A program made the translations under genes and the position numbers. From Candidatus Sumerlaeia bacterium (GTDB lineage Bacteria > Sumerlaeota > Sumerlaeia > SLMS01): a DNA stretch of 64,000 nucleotides. The stretch lies in assembly GCA_038208905.1 (NCBI GenBank), contig JBBQYG010000002.1, positions 1-64,000 of the forward strand, in the 5' to 3' direction. Shown here piece by piece: positions 35,501-47,006 of the stretch; the first letter of the stretch is position 1, and each line of letters begins with the position of its first letter. The notes under the pieces are model-generated. The model did not search any database. It saw only the letters and a list, made by a program, of their open reading frames with translations, and was not told the origin of the DNA.

Positions 35501-36651
35501 TTGGGAATCCCTTGGGGGCCCATCTCCATCGCTATCACCACGTACTGCCCGGGTCCAATGGAGGCGATCTCGAAGGCCCCCTGGGCATCCGACGTGGTGG
35601 TGGTGCTCGCGGGCACCATCAGCATGTTCAGGATCCCAATTTGCGCATTGGCCACGACGGAGGCGCCGGCCACCGGAGCGCCATCAGGCTCGAGCACGCG
35701 CCCGCGGATGACGCGGTCGCCAGCCTCCAGCTCGATCACCAGGGCCTCCATCCCCGGCTTCACGCCCTCCTTGGTCGTGGCGACGAAATTCTTGGCCTTG
35801 GCCACCACGGAGTAGGTTGAGGATTCCTCCGTCCCCTGAAGGACGAAATTCCCCGACGCGTCGGAAACGCCATTCGCAATCGAGTAGCTCATTGCCACCG
35901 CCGAGTCGGCCTGCATCCCCCCCATTGGCATCCCGTTGGGAGCGGCGATCAGCTTAGCCTCGGCGATGCCCGCGCCGCCCTCCTTCGCCACAACCCGGCC
36001 GGTGATTGTCCCACCCTTTTTCAACTCAATGCGGATTTCCTCTTTGCGCGCCACCGTGGTATTAATGGCGCTCATGGAAGTCGCGAATCCCGGCGCCTCC
36101 ACGACGATCGCGATAAAGTTCTGACCCTGTGGCATCTGGGGAGTTCCAAGCGTCCACGGAATCTCGAACCGGCCATCGGCACCCGTCTCGCCAAGAAACT
36201 CGGCATCGGGAATCTCTCCGCCCATGAAGCGCATGACAGTGCGCCCCATCCCCGAAATGCGCGCACCAGCAACGCCGGCACCGCCATCCGCCGCAACGAC
36301 GACGCCCTTGAGGACGAGACCAGAATTGGCGTCCTGCGCGATGCCGCCGTGGCCCGCATCAGCCTCGGGGGCGGTCTCCACCGTTGGTTCGGGAGTGGGT
36401 TCTGCCACTGCGGGCTCAACCGTGCCGCCGGGAAGCGCGGGCAACGCCTCCACCGCGACCACCGCGTTGGAGGCGATCTCCATCGCGGGCTGCCCGCCCC
36501 CGGTCTCTCGTCCGCGCATGATGAAAACCACCGCGACAACCACGACCAGCAACGCCGCCAGAATTCCAACGATTGCCTTTGTATTCGAGCCACCCAGCCG
36601 ATACCCCGCCACGCCGAAAAATCGACGAACCATTCCCGCCACCTCGCGCAC
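32527..36651 (-). CDS. Large membrane-anchored protein with many carboxypeptidase-regulatory-like (transthyretin/CnaB-type) repeats; start uncertain
   Basis: N-terminal TM helix, Pro/Glu linker, repeated 'ISGTVRGPAGEPVEGVFV..TGKDGSYYLENVPHG' units, distinct C-terminal beta domain. Confidence 0.85.
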   Translation of the reverse strand: MREVAGMVRRFFGVAGYRLGGSNTKAIVGILAALLVVVVAVVFIMRGRETGGGQPAMEIASNAVVAVEALPALPGGTVEPAVAEPTPEPTVETAPEADAGHGGIAQDANSGLVLKGVVVAADGGAGVAGARISGMGRTVMRFMGGEIPDAEFLGETGADGRFEIPWTLGTPQMPQGQNFIAIVVEAPGFATSMSAINTTVARKEEIRIELKKGGTITGRVVAKEGGAGIAEAKLIAAPNGMPMGGMQADSAVAMSYSIANGVSDASGNFVLQGTEESSTYSVVAKAKNFVATTKEGVKPGMEALVIELEAGDRVIRGRVLEPDGAPVAGASVVANAQIGILNMLMVPASTTTTSDAQGAFEIASIGPGQYVVIAMEMGPQGIPKRQINQSVDLTTEKVAEVELRFPKPVSITGIALEDTTGAPLAGVKVSTSNFSEGAPANREAPVATSGIDGTFTLDQVTMQGQSIAIYSLPPTGYLKAPDLRNWGDQVHLQIPDPSIPPKVELRFAKGVTVNGVVLKDDEATPAAGAEVTMQRERGSATSVNTDSEGRFVVLGLPGYQANVFAALAGFGTDRMDVVIPSTGEPDEVRLILKKNAAISGTVRGPAGEPVEGVFVMAGVTLMSGQMTTFNGGRVATGKDGSYYLENVPHGQAKIHASLDQHNDRGSPLWENLKKYTQPPVQTLDLKPGEYRRPVDFVLDEGLTLTGTVKNEKGEPIANASVNPNVYSQSAWVDRNTTTDAEGKFTIVSLQETTVINNLSISHEDYDPISRENLTIASGPLEIVIKPRGSATIRVVRADGSAPASVLYREVYQQGYGILRPAGQPSTQVLEAGGLLRMKGVTSGDHTYQIVESGTDVTGDVGVVTIKVEQGKEAPEAAVTLGPRGVLVGRVVSGEGDEAVAMASVGLYRKRVQWYNIPTHGAFDPANVYTSAEGMFALSGVIPGDYHLSAAKDGLDQPAEDQNTEKSAAVAGRESAQITLRLGSKASVFGRIIGRDGKPATTARISYYGNNDAARSATAGAEGEYELTNIATGRASIIVTLADANFTKSESLQLKPGERIEKNFDFSGEIAFTAIIKSSGPNGLTALAADNNVTFSAMPTNPTAGETASRTAFSNRGEAGRFTGLLAPGRYRLMMSRRVGNMFPEPVRVGDFEITPTPDAQEKEFVIALCAVSVALVYPVGQDPVGGDVLLAPVATNTEQLYRLTDKQTVSRESATFVNVAAGRYKASFRSPDGKWQGTSEEADVQVGAENILVIEVADNAGRQRLGSWAETEKRDAVHAVEFDATAIITSAGFWQVLFDYENGAEGLQIERAALKMNGGEIATDSHIGWSGYTRRDHIYRLAVPAFEPGARFTVVAYIKAAGVSNGGVWMQKQQ

Positions 36652-36904
36652 ACGAATTTACAGCACCGACGATTATGACTCTCACAAGTCAGAGCAAGGT
36701 TAGATACGCAGATGGCGGATTTATATTCAGCGCCACCCGCGAATTCACCGAACCCCGTCGAAACGCACCATCGCAAGCAAGTCGCGGATTGAGTGACCGT
36801 GGATTTGGATGCGGTTGGAACCTTCCAGAATATATAGTTATCTCCACCATTTCCAATCGCCGTCCATGTCGCAGCAAATGACGATCCGCCATCGGATGCG
36901 GCGC

Positions 36905-36927
36905 GCGCGGCACCGTGCCCTCCCTAC
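36905..36927 (-). repeat. GTAG-type REP-like palindrome
   Basis: GTAG-GGAGGGCAC-G-GTGCCGCGC on the minus strand. Confidence 0.45.
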
Positions 36928-36946
36928 TGCTTGGGTGGCTCATGCG

Positions 36947-37440
36947 TCACCACGATCTCACATGGTCTTCCGCGCTTGCCTTCAGCGATACCTGATTTGC
37001 CACGTCGATCCCTTCCAATCGAAAGGAGCCATCATCGCCGACGACCTTTTGGTGGGAGACACCGATCTTGCCACTTTGGCCGGGATTCCCGGGCGAAGAG
37101 AGTGACGCTCGCACCATGGCGCCCGCCACCGGGGCGCCCGCGTCATCCAACAGGCGGCCCGCCATAAAGGATCCCTTGCCAAGCTACGCGCGCAGCTCGC
37201 TCTCTCCACCTTTAATTCTCGCGTGGAGGAACTCGGACGCATACCCTCTCGCGCGGACATTGAGTGGCGCGCGGCCGATCACGCTTCCCGTACTGCGGAA
37301 GACAATCATCGCCGTCGTAACATCAAAAGTGCCATCGGCCCCCGATGCGCCGAGGAGCGTTTCGTCCGGCTCCGCCGAGTTGCGCCGATAGATGACCTGA
37401 AACAGCTCCGCCCCCGCGATCGGCGCGCCAACAGCGCGCC
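36947..37440 (-). pseudogene. Fragment of a third carboxypeptidase-regulatory-like repeat paralogue
   Basis: GAPIAGAE..LGASGADGTF..RARGYAS..ELRA*LGKGSFMAGRLLDDAGAPVAGA..GDDGSFRLEGI; in-frame TAG at 37184-37186. Confidence 0.7.
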
Positions 37441-37719
37441 CACCACCAACCAGCGCCACGCTGCTGCGCCACGCCGTTGACCAAGTAGCCTGAAAGAATC
37501 CATCCCGATGATCCCTCTCCCAATGTTTGTGCAGATCGTGGGGATTTGGGTGATCAATCCGCAAGCGAGCAAGTTGCGGCATGATCGTTTTCCCCACCCG
37601 GCACTTTGCCGTTGACGGGGGGTGGGGGTTCGGAGGACACAGGCGGGCTTTTCGGGGAAGGCGCCTCCCCAGCACCGCGCGCCGCACATTCATCGTCGAT
37701 CGATCAGGAGTCCTGCTTC

Positions 37720-38001
37720 GTGCCCAATAAAGCATCGTCCAGAAAGCGCGTCCGCCAGAACGAGCGCCGCCGCATCCGCAACCGCGACCAGCGCAGCACC
37801 ATGCGCAGCAGCGTGAAGAAACTCGCCAAGATCATTGAGTCCAAGGACCTTACGGGTCTGGACGCCGCCCTTCAGGCCGCGCAGTCCAAGCTCGGCAAGG
37901 CCGCCAAGCGCAACCTGATCAAGAAGAACGCCCTGTCCCGCAAGCAGAGCCGCCTCACCAAGGCTGTCAACCGCGCCAAGGTGGCCGCAGCCTCCGCCTA
38001 A
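37720..38001 (+). CDS. rpsT: 30S ribosomal protein S20
   Basis: PNKASSRKRVRQNERRRIRNR..KAAKRNLIKKN..RKQSRL; AGGAG RBS, GTG start. Confidence 0.95.
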   Translation: MPNKASSRKRVRQNERRRIRNRDQRSTMRSSVKKLAKIIESKDLTGLDAALQAAQSKLGKAAKRNLIKKNALSRKQSRLTKAVNRAKVAAASA

Positions 38002-38032
38002 TCGGCGGGAGTTGCCCTCGATCCAGATTGAG

Positions 38033-38081
38033 CAGACCTCGGCGCCGGGAAGTCCTCCCCGGCGCCGGGTCCGTCTTTTTA
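38033..38081 (+). terminator. Rho-independent terminator after rpsT
   Basis: CGGCGCCGGG-aagtcctc-CCCGGCGCCG stem followed by TCTTTTT. Confidence 0.75.
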
Positions 38082-38215
38082 TCCCGGCCCACGCCAGAGA
38101 AGGCAGCGGCATAGAACGCTCTGCATTGCGGCGATTCTCATCTACCTTGCCCCCACGGCCCGCCCGGCGACCATCGCGGTATTGCTGATCGCTGGTCATT
38201 CGCTGGAGCGCGAGA

Positions 38216-38953
38216 GTGTCCGTGTCCCCATTCCTTTCCGACGCGTTGTTTGTGTGCGCCCATCCCGACGACGGGGAAATCCTGGCCGGCGGCATGATGG
38301 CACGCATGGCGGGGCTGGGCCGCCGCGTGATCCTGGCCGATGCGACGCGCGGAGAGATGGGCACCCGAGGCAGCGCCGATGAGCGCGCCATCGAGGCCGC
38401 AAACGCCGCCGTGATTCTGGGCGTGGAGCGCGTGAACCTGGGCCTGCCCGATGGCGGCATCGGGCGCGACCTTGAGGTATCGACCCGCGCCGTGGTTTCC
38501 GCGATCCGCGAGCATCGCCCGCGCCTGGTCTTCACCCACACCGGCGGCGACCACCACCCCGACCACAACGCGATCCACGAGGCCACACGGCGCGCGTTCT
38601 TCAATTCCAACGTGCTGAAGTATGACACCGGCCAGAAGCGCCACGCGGCGCGGCGGCTCTACTACTTCTGGTCCCACCGCACCAACCTGCCCCCGCGGAT
38701 CGACTTCATCGCCGACATCACGGCAACGTGGGAGAAGAAGATGGCCGCCCTGCGCGCGCATCGCAGCCAGGTCGCCGGCACGGGATACCAGGGCGCGGAA
38801 ACCTTCCTGACGTCTGACCTTTTCTGGCACCGGATTGAGGCGCGGTTCGGCTACTTCGGCTCGCTGATCAACGTGCGCTATGGCGAGCCGTATCTGGCGG
38901 AGGGCGCGCTGCGCATCGACGACCCGCTCTCGCTCGCCGACGCGGCGGAGTAG
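38216..38953 (+). CDS. bshB1: PIG-L/LmbE family deacetylase, BshB1-like
   Basis: [41 protein letters not shown]. Confidence 0.75.
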   Translation: MSVSPFLSDALFVCAHPDDGEILAGGMMARMAGLGRRVILADATRGEMGTRGSADERAIEAANAAVILGVERVNLGLPDGGIGRDLEVSTRAVVSAIREHRPRLVFTHTGGDHHPDHNAIHEATRRAFFNSNVLKYDTGQKRHAARRLYYFWSHRTNLPPRIDFIADITATWEKKMAALRAHRSQVAGTGYQGAETFLTSDLFWHRIEARFGYFGSLINVRYGEPYLAEGALRIDDPLSLADAAE

Positions 38954-38963
38954 CCGCGCCAAC

Positions 38964-40849
<1,886 letters not shown>

Positions 40850-40850
<1 letters not shown>

Positions 40851-43582
40851 TGGGCTCCGGCAAGTCCGCCCGGCGAAAGAACCGCGTCCGCGCCACCGCC
40901 GAAATCCCCGGTCTAAGCGCCGCGCCACCGCCGCCGATTCCATCCCCACGCCAGATTCCACGCGCCGATCTGTGGGTCGCGGTATTCCTCATTGTATGGG
41001 CCACACTCTTCGCCGCGACGCTGCTGTCGCTCGCCAACGGCCGCAGCTTTCATCAGGACGAGCTGCACGTACTCGCCGTGGAGAAGAAGGCCGAGGTCGG
41101 CATCGAGACGGAATCGCAACACCAGCACTTTCACGCCTTCCAGCACTGGTGGCTCAAGGACCGCCTGAACCAGCGCCACGCGCGCATCCCATCGATTGTT
41201 TTCGTGACGCTGGGGATGATCTCGCTGGCGCTGCTTGCATGGAGGCTGGGGGGCCGAAACGCCGCGGCGGCGGCGGCCCTTGTCTATACACTGTGGCCGA
41301 GGGCCTGGGACGACGGACTGGAGATGCGCTACTACGGGCTGATCTTTCTGGCGGGGACGCTCGGGTTTCACGCGCTGCTGAGCCTCGCGCGTGGCGCGTT
41401 CCTATGGCCCGCGGGGGCGATGGCGCTCCTCTTCGCCGTCATGGCGCGATGGCACCCGACGGCGATCCCGTTCCACGGCGCCCTGCTGCTCGTGGCGTTT
41501 GGCGTGAGCCTGTTGGGAATGATTCGCCGATTGCGGGAGTGGAACACCCGGAGGGATCCCGCGTCCATCCGCGCCCTCGTGGCCCCATCGCTGGTGGTGG
41601 CGATCTCCCTCATCGTGGGCGTCGCCGTGCTCGGGCGTGTCTATACGCATCTGGGGGGTAGCGCCATTGCGGATCGGTTTGGGAAGCTCGGCGGAGGCAA
41701 CTACAACCTACTCGATCTGGGACGCTGGTTTGTGGCGTGGGTGGACGACCGATTCGCGGGGGACTTTCCCGCGATTCGCATTCTTCGACTGTCGTTTCCG
41801 GTGCTGGTGGCCGTCGGGCTTTGGAGGCTCTGGAAGTCGAGCCGCCTGCTGGCGGGTTGCGGCGTGGCGATCCTCGTGCTCCAGCTTGCGCTCGCGGGTG
41901 TCTTTTCGCTCGGCTGGGGGCGCGTGGTCTTTGGATATAAGTATATCACATCCTCCAGCGTGCTCCTCGTGCTGTCGGTTGCCATTGCATCGGCATGGAT
42001 CGTCGAGGCCGTGCGTCGCCGGTCGCCCCGCGCCGCAATGGGCGCAGTGTCGGTTCTGGCTCTCGCCTATGCGGTCCCTGTCCTCCCGCGCGTCTATCTT
42101 TCCGCAACGGGCGATGGCTCGCACTTTCGCCAGTTGTGGTCGCGTCTCTTTCTTGAGTCGGGAGTGCGACCCCCAGTCGTCTATGCAACCACCGAGACCA
42201 CCCAGAGCGTCCGCCCCTACACGGTCTTGATGCCGAATTTCGCCGCAACGGTCGCCAGCAACCAGGTGCTCTCTCCCGATGTTGTACCCTCGATCTTCCA
42301 CCGTGACCAGCCGGGCTTCGTGGCTCTCGATCCCGCGATTCTGGCGCGGATGCCATGGAAGGATTTTCTTACGCCGGTGGAGTCCTATCGCTCTAACTTC
42401 GCCCCCGCGTGGGACATCGAGCTGATGCGCCCGCGTGGCGATGCGCAGATCGCGGCAGGGGAAGAGTTGCTCCTCGACGGCGTCGCGAATCTCCTCGTCC
42501 TCGAACCCGGCCACTGGCGGCTCAATGGCGAGGCGACGCTCAGCCTTCCGCAGCCGTGGATGGCCGGAGCCCTTGTCGCCGTCACATCCGCGATGCCCGG
42601 CGCGCGGCTTATCCCCGACTATGCGACGGGACCAGTCGTCAGGAATCCGATCCTAGCGCGCGTCGGCCCGCTCGACGCCGACAGCCGCCCGCTCTGGCGG
42701 GAGAGCCGTCCTGTCTATACGCTCCTCAGCAACGAGACCCTGGCCTACGACTTCTGGTTCCCCGCTGCGGATTCCCACCTCGTTCTCGGCGGAGCCTCCG
42801 ACTTTGCCGACCGTGATGGATTCCTGGTGCAGTTCAACGGCGAGGCTGCGGCGCTCGTTTGCAACATCGAGCCCGCTGCAAGTGGAGCTCCTTTCCTCTA
42901 TCGCATCGCGGTTCCCGCCAAGTTGAGCGGGCGCACGGCGCGCGTGACGCTTTCTCGCCTGAGGGACAGCGCCCACTATCTGTCCCCCAAGAAACCGCGC
43001 AGCGCGCTCACGCTGGAGTCCGTTCAAGTCGAGCTGGCGACACCCGACTCGTTGCCGAGCGAGAATTTCCTGCCCACGCTTCGCTTTGCCGCGCGGCCAT
43101 CGTGGGCCGCCGACGGCAGCTACGACGCGGCCACCGATCCATCCCCGTGGAATATCAGCGAACCCACGCGTGGCGTTTCGGGGGTGACGCTCTCCACCAC
43201 GCGCGAAGGAGTCCGCGCGGCGCTGGCTCGCGACCTGGGCGAGCAGGGGATCTATACGGAAGCCTTCCCCGTTACCCCCGGGCAGGCGCTGGCCGTTGAG
43301 ATCCGTCTTCGCCTGCGCCACGCCATCACCAAGAGTGCGGTCCCCTTCGTGTACTTCCTGAGCGCGGAGGGCGGCATCATCGCCTTCGATCCCATCGGTG
43401 GCCGCCCACTGGACGCGAACGACTGCGACTGGACCACCCGCATCCGCGTGGGAGAGGCGCCCCCCGGCACGGTCGCGGCCACCATCGCCATCGTCTTCAA
43501 TTCTCCCCCCGCCGCCAGGCTGAGGGAGGATACATTTATTGATATACAGGGGATTCGTTTTTTGAACGGCGGGGAACGGTAG
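40850..43582 (+). CDS. GT-C (PMT/ArnT-like) multi-pass membrane protein with a large periplasmic domain
   Basis: SFHQDE after TM1, ARIPS, EMRYYG, about 11 TM helices; TGATG overlap with the upstream stop. Confidence 0.7.
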
Positions 43583-43600
43583 GGAGCAGCAGAGTCGGAT

Positions 43601-43650
43601 CCTGCCATTCCCTACTTCTCGCTGCCTTTCCCTGCCGTTCCCTGCCGTTC
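43601..43650. repeat. 10-bp tandem minisatellite, about CCTGCCNTTC x5
   Basis: cctgccattc cctacttctc gctgcctttc cctgccgttc cctgccgttc. Confidence 0.75.
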
Positions 43651-45807
43651 AATCCTAAAATCCGCCAGCGCCCCGGCAAAGGGCGGGATGTTGGCGTCGG
43701 TGCTGCCGACGATCGTGCGGCCGGGATAGACATTGAGGCCGGTGAAGTAGGGCATCTCGAGCTGCTGCACGAGGACGCCATTGAGGTAGATGCGGGCGCG
43801 TCCGTCGTCGAGCGTGGCACGGACGTGGACCCAGCTCTCTGGCTCGATGAGGCTGGCGGGCGTCTCCATGTAGAGATAGCGGAAGTCCGCATCGCGGAGC
43901 GCGAGCACCAGCTTCCCTTTGTCGTACCAGCACGACGCCACCAGGTTGCGATGGAACAGGTACATAAGCCGATCCGACTTGGCGGGCTTCATCCAGAATG
44001 AAATCGCGAAGGGGGTCCCCAGCGCGTCGATGCGCCCCGAATCGAGGAACACGCGGTCACCATCGCCATCCATTCCAAAGGCCGGCGCGCCGCGATGGGG
44101 CCCAGCGACCAGCGCGGGCACGGTCCCCGCACCGTCCCAGATCGGCGGTCCCGCGCCCTCCGCAACGTCGCGCAGCACACCCGTTGTGGGGTCGTCGGCG
44201 CTCGGCACCATGCGCAAACGATGAAGGAGCGTCGATTCCGGCCCCGGCATATCCTCACGATAGGCATAGAGCGTGCCGCTCCCCGACGCCACGGGGGCGA
44301 ACCGGATCGCGTCCAATGCGCCGATGATTGGAGGATCGCTCGAGAGTGGGTCGGCGGCGCGGGTGACGACCTCCAGATAGTTCATCCCCGCATCGAGCCG
44401 GATGCGCGGCAGTTCCACCTCGCGCATCATGCTCTCCGAGGCATAGCCGGATAGCTTCTCTCGCAGTAGCTTTCCATTCAAATAGAGGTCGAAGTCATAG
44501 CTCGCCGGACCCGCTGTATATCGCAGCGCCGGCGCGAAATCGCCCGCCTCCTCGAACTGGATGGCCCACACGAATCGCGAGCCCGTGCTGTACCCGATCA
44601 CCATCGCGTCGGCGTCTCCGCTGAACTTGCCGCGCGCCTCGGGCGGATACCGGCGCAGGCTGGTGGCGCCGCCCAGCACGGCCACGATCTCTCCCGCGGC
44701 CATTGCTGTCTCCGCCTCGAACCACTCGCCGATGTGATGCGCGGGCAGAGGCGTCGTTCGCAGGTTGCGCGCGGCCGCGTCGGGAAGCGGTTCCTGAACC
44801 TGCGGCGCGTCGAGATAATAGTAGGCCACCGTGGCGTAGTTGTTCCCCATCACCGCGCGCCCGTCCCACCCCGCAGCGCCGTGCTCCAGATCGAAGCGGA
44901 ACGACTCGCGGAATGGAATCGGCGCCTCCTCGTGAAAGCGGAAGACACTCCACTGCCCGCCGCGCAGCGTCGGCTCGTCGGCGACGGGGACGCCGAATCG
45001 CGTCCCCTTGCTGGTCACGTTTCCCCATCCCCACGCGCCGCCATAGTAGTCCTCGGTTCCCGTGCCCCAGAAACGCTCTCCGTCGATCGTGAACACGTCG
45101 TCGCCCTCTCCCCACCAGTCGGGACCGTTGAGCGCGATGGAGAGATTCGATCCGAGAAAGAACCCCGAGCCCTCCACGTCGAGCACGTTGTAGTGCTGCT
45201 CCTGCGGCGCGGGGATCGCCTGGTTGTAGCGCGCGTGAAAGTAGGGCCGACCATCCAGCGCCGAGGCATCGTCAAACGTGCGATACTCGATGTTGAAGTA
45301 GAACAGCGGCACCATCGTGGCCGATTCGTTGACGATCTCGAATCGCGCCGACTTGCGGAATGGCATCGGGAAGAACGCGTTCAGCGATTCAGTCTCGGCA
45401 ACGTGGATGAACCGATTCTCGAAGACCGCCGACTTGCCGAGTCCCAGCCCGAAGAAATCGCCCAGCGGAACCAGCACGCTCGGCCCCGGGGCATCGTCCC
45501 ACGTGATGCGAAGGACGATTCCCTTCCAGTCGCGCGCGGGCGATTGGTTGAACGTGAACCACACGCGCGTGATCTCGCCCGGGCCCTCGATCACGGGGAG
45601 CGAGAGCGTCCCGCCCACCTGAATCTGCCGGAAGTCGAAATTCTTGCCCGTCGGGTCCTCGCTGGCGATGCGGCCCCACCGATGCCCGGGCGTGCGCGCC
45701 TGCCAGAAATGCGCGGGCTCTTGTCGCCGCGCGCATCCGGCGATCGAGAAAATGGCGAGAAGCAGCGGGAGGATTGCCCGCGCGGAATTTCCGGGGATGT
45801 GGATCAA
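43612..45807 (-). CDS. DUF2961/GH172 glycoside hydrolase lipoprotein with CBM-like and LamG domains
   Basis: Lipobox IAGC; VPLGDFFG, FPMPFRKSA, WWGEGDD, GTGTEDY; C-terminal LamG (ISFWMKP, WVHVRAT, IYLNG). Confidence 0.85.
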   Translation of the reverse strand: MIHIPGNSARAILPLLLAIFSIAGCARRQEPAHFWQARTPGHRWGRIASEDPTGKNFDFRQIQVGGTLSLPVIEGPGEITRVWFTFNQSPARDWKGIVLRITWDDAPGPSVLVPLGDFFGLGLGKSAVFENRFIHVAETESLNAFFPMPFRKSARFEIVNESATMVPLFYFNIEYRTFDDASALDGRPYFHARYNQAIPAPQEQHYNVLDVEGSGFFLGSNLSIALNGPDWWGEGDDVFTIDGERFWGTGTEDYYGGAWGWGNVTSKGTRFGVPVADEPTLRGGQWSVFRFHEEAPIPFRESFRFDLEHGAAGWDGRAVMGNNYATVAYYYLDAPQVQEPLPDAAARNLRTTPLPAHHIGEWFEAETAMAAGEIVAVLGGATSLRRYPPEARGKFSGDADAMVIGYSTGSRFVWAIQFEEAGDFAPALRYTAGPASYDFDLYLNGKLLREKLSGYASESMMREVELPRIRLDAGMNYLEVVTRAADPLSSDPPIIGALDAIRFAPVASGSGTLYAYREDMPGPESTLLHRLRMVPSADDPTTGVLRDVAEGAGPPIWDGAGTVPALVAGPHRGAPAFGMDGDGDRVFLDSGRIDALGTPFAISFWMKPAKSDRLMYLFHRNLVASCWYDKGKLVLALRDADFRYLYMETPASLIEPESWVHVRATLDDGRARIYLNGVLVQQLEMPYFTGLNVYPGRTIVGSTDANIPPFAGALADFRIERQGTAGKGSEK

Positions 45808-45827
45808 GACTTTCTCCCGGCCAGGCC

Positions 45828-46943
45828 TCAGCCGCCTTCGGCGCCAAGGCTCCTACGGTAATCCGCCGAGCGAAGCTGCGGCCTCAGGCGCACGGCCTCG
45901 CGAAAGTAGCTGGCCGATTGGGAACTCTGGCCCAGCTTTCCGTATGCGAGCGATAGATTGTACATCGCCATCGCGTCCTCTGGGTTGCGGTCCGCGATCG
46001 TCTGGAAGTGATCCGCCGACTGCGTATAGCGCCCCAGCTTGTAATACGCGACACCCGCGATCAGGTGGGCCTCCATGTCCTCCGGGTCTTGGCGCAGCAA
46101 CTCGCGCACCTCCGCCAGGCAGTCGTTGAAGCGGCTTTGACGCAGCAGGCTGTTGGCGATATTGAAGCGCAGGTTGAGCGACTCGGGTGCGAGAGCCAGC
46201 CCCTGTCGATAGTAGGGTTCCGCCTCCCGGTGCCGCCCCTCGTCCGCATAGGTGTTGGCCAGGTTGTTGTAGCCCTGATAGAAATCCGGCTCGGTCTCCA
46301 CCGACTCGCGATAGATCGACCGCGCCTCCACCAGATTGCCCATCTGGACCAGGCGGTTTCCGCGCTCCTTCAGCTCGACAATCGCGGGGGGAAAGCTGCG
46401 CTGGTCGATCGCCAGCGCCGTGGGCATCGGGGGCTCGGGATTGGCCTCGGGCAGGGCAGCCGCCGTGGGGGGGATCTCCGCGACGACGGGGGCCGGCGAG
46501 GGCTCGGGAGGAGCGGGCGTGGGGACAACGTCCACCACGGGGGTTGGATCGGGCACGACTGCCGGCTCGGGGACGTTCCGGTTCACAACCACCAGCGCGG
46601 GCTGGGGCGCGGAATCGGGGAGCATCACATACACGACGGAGCCGATAATGACGATCACGAGCAGCGAAATGGCCACCATGATGGCCACGTCGCGGCTACG
46701 CTCATTGTCCTGCGGCTGGGCGCGCTTCTCTCCAAGGAGCGCCTCCTCCGCCGGCAGGCCTGTCACCTTGCTGGGGCGTGGCCGGGCCAGTTCCTTGTCC
46801 TTCAGCTCTTTCCCATACTTGTCCAGCTTCACGCCGCGGGCGATCTCCGCCTCGGCACGCGTCCGCGCGGAAAATCCACACTCCAACCCGTCGCACGTCA
46901 CGCAGGTGCAGGTGATATTGTAGGTCTTGCAGAACTTCGCCAT
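45828..46943 (-). CDS. Membrane-anchored TPR protein with a Cys-rich N-terminus
   Basis: CKTYNITCTCVTCDGLEC, TM helix, Pro-rich linker, about five TPRs (YNNLANTY, MYNLSLAY). Confidence 0.85.
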   Translation of the reverse strand: MAKFCKTYNITCTCVTCDGLECGFSARTRAEAEIARGVKLDKYGKELKDKELARPRPSKVTGLPAEEALLGEKRAQPQDNERSRDVAIMVAISLLVIVIIGSVVYVMLPDSAPQPALVVVNRNVPEPAVVPDPTPVVDVVPTPAPPEPSPAPVVAEIPPTAAALPEANPEPPMPTALAIDQRSFPPAIVELKERGNRLVQMGNLVEARSIYRESVETEPDFYQGYNNLANTYADEGRHREAEPYYRQGLALAPESLNLRFNIANSLLRQSRFNDCLAEVRELLRQDPEDMEAHLIAGVAYYKLGRYTQSADHFQTIADRNPEDAMAMYNLSLAYGKLGQSSQSASYFREAVRLRPQLRSADYRRSLGAEGG

Positions 46944-47006
46944 GGGACCCCGGCCTCTTTAGCCCGCGAAAGGTGGCTGTCCGCCCAAGTATCGTCCAGT
47001 CATACC

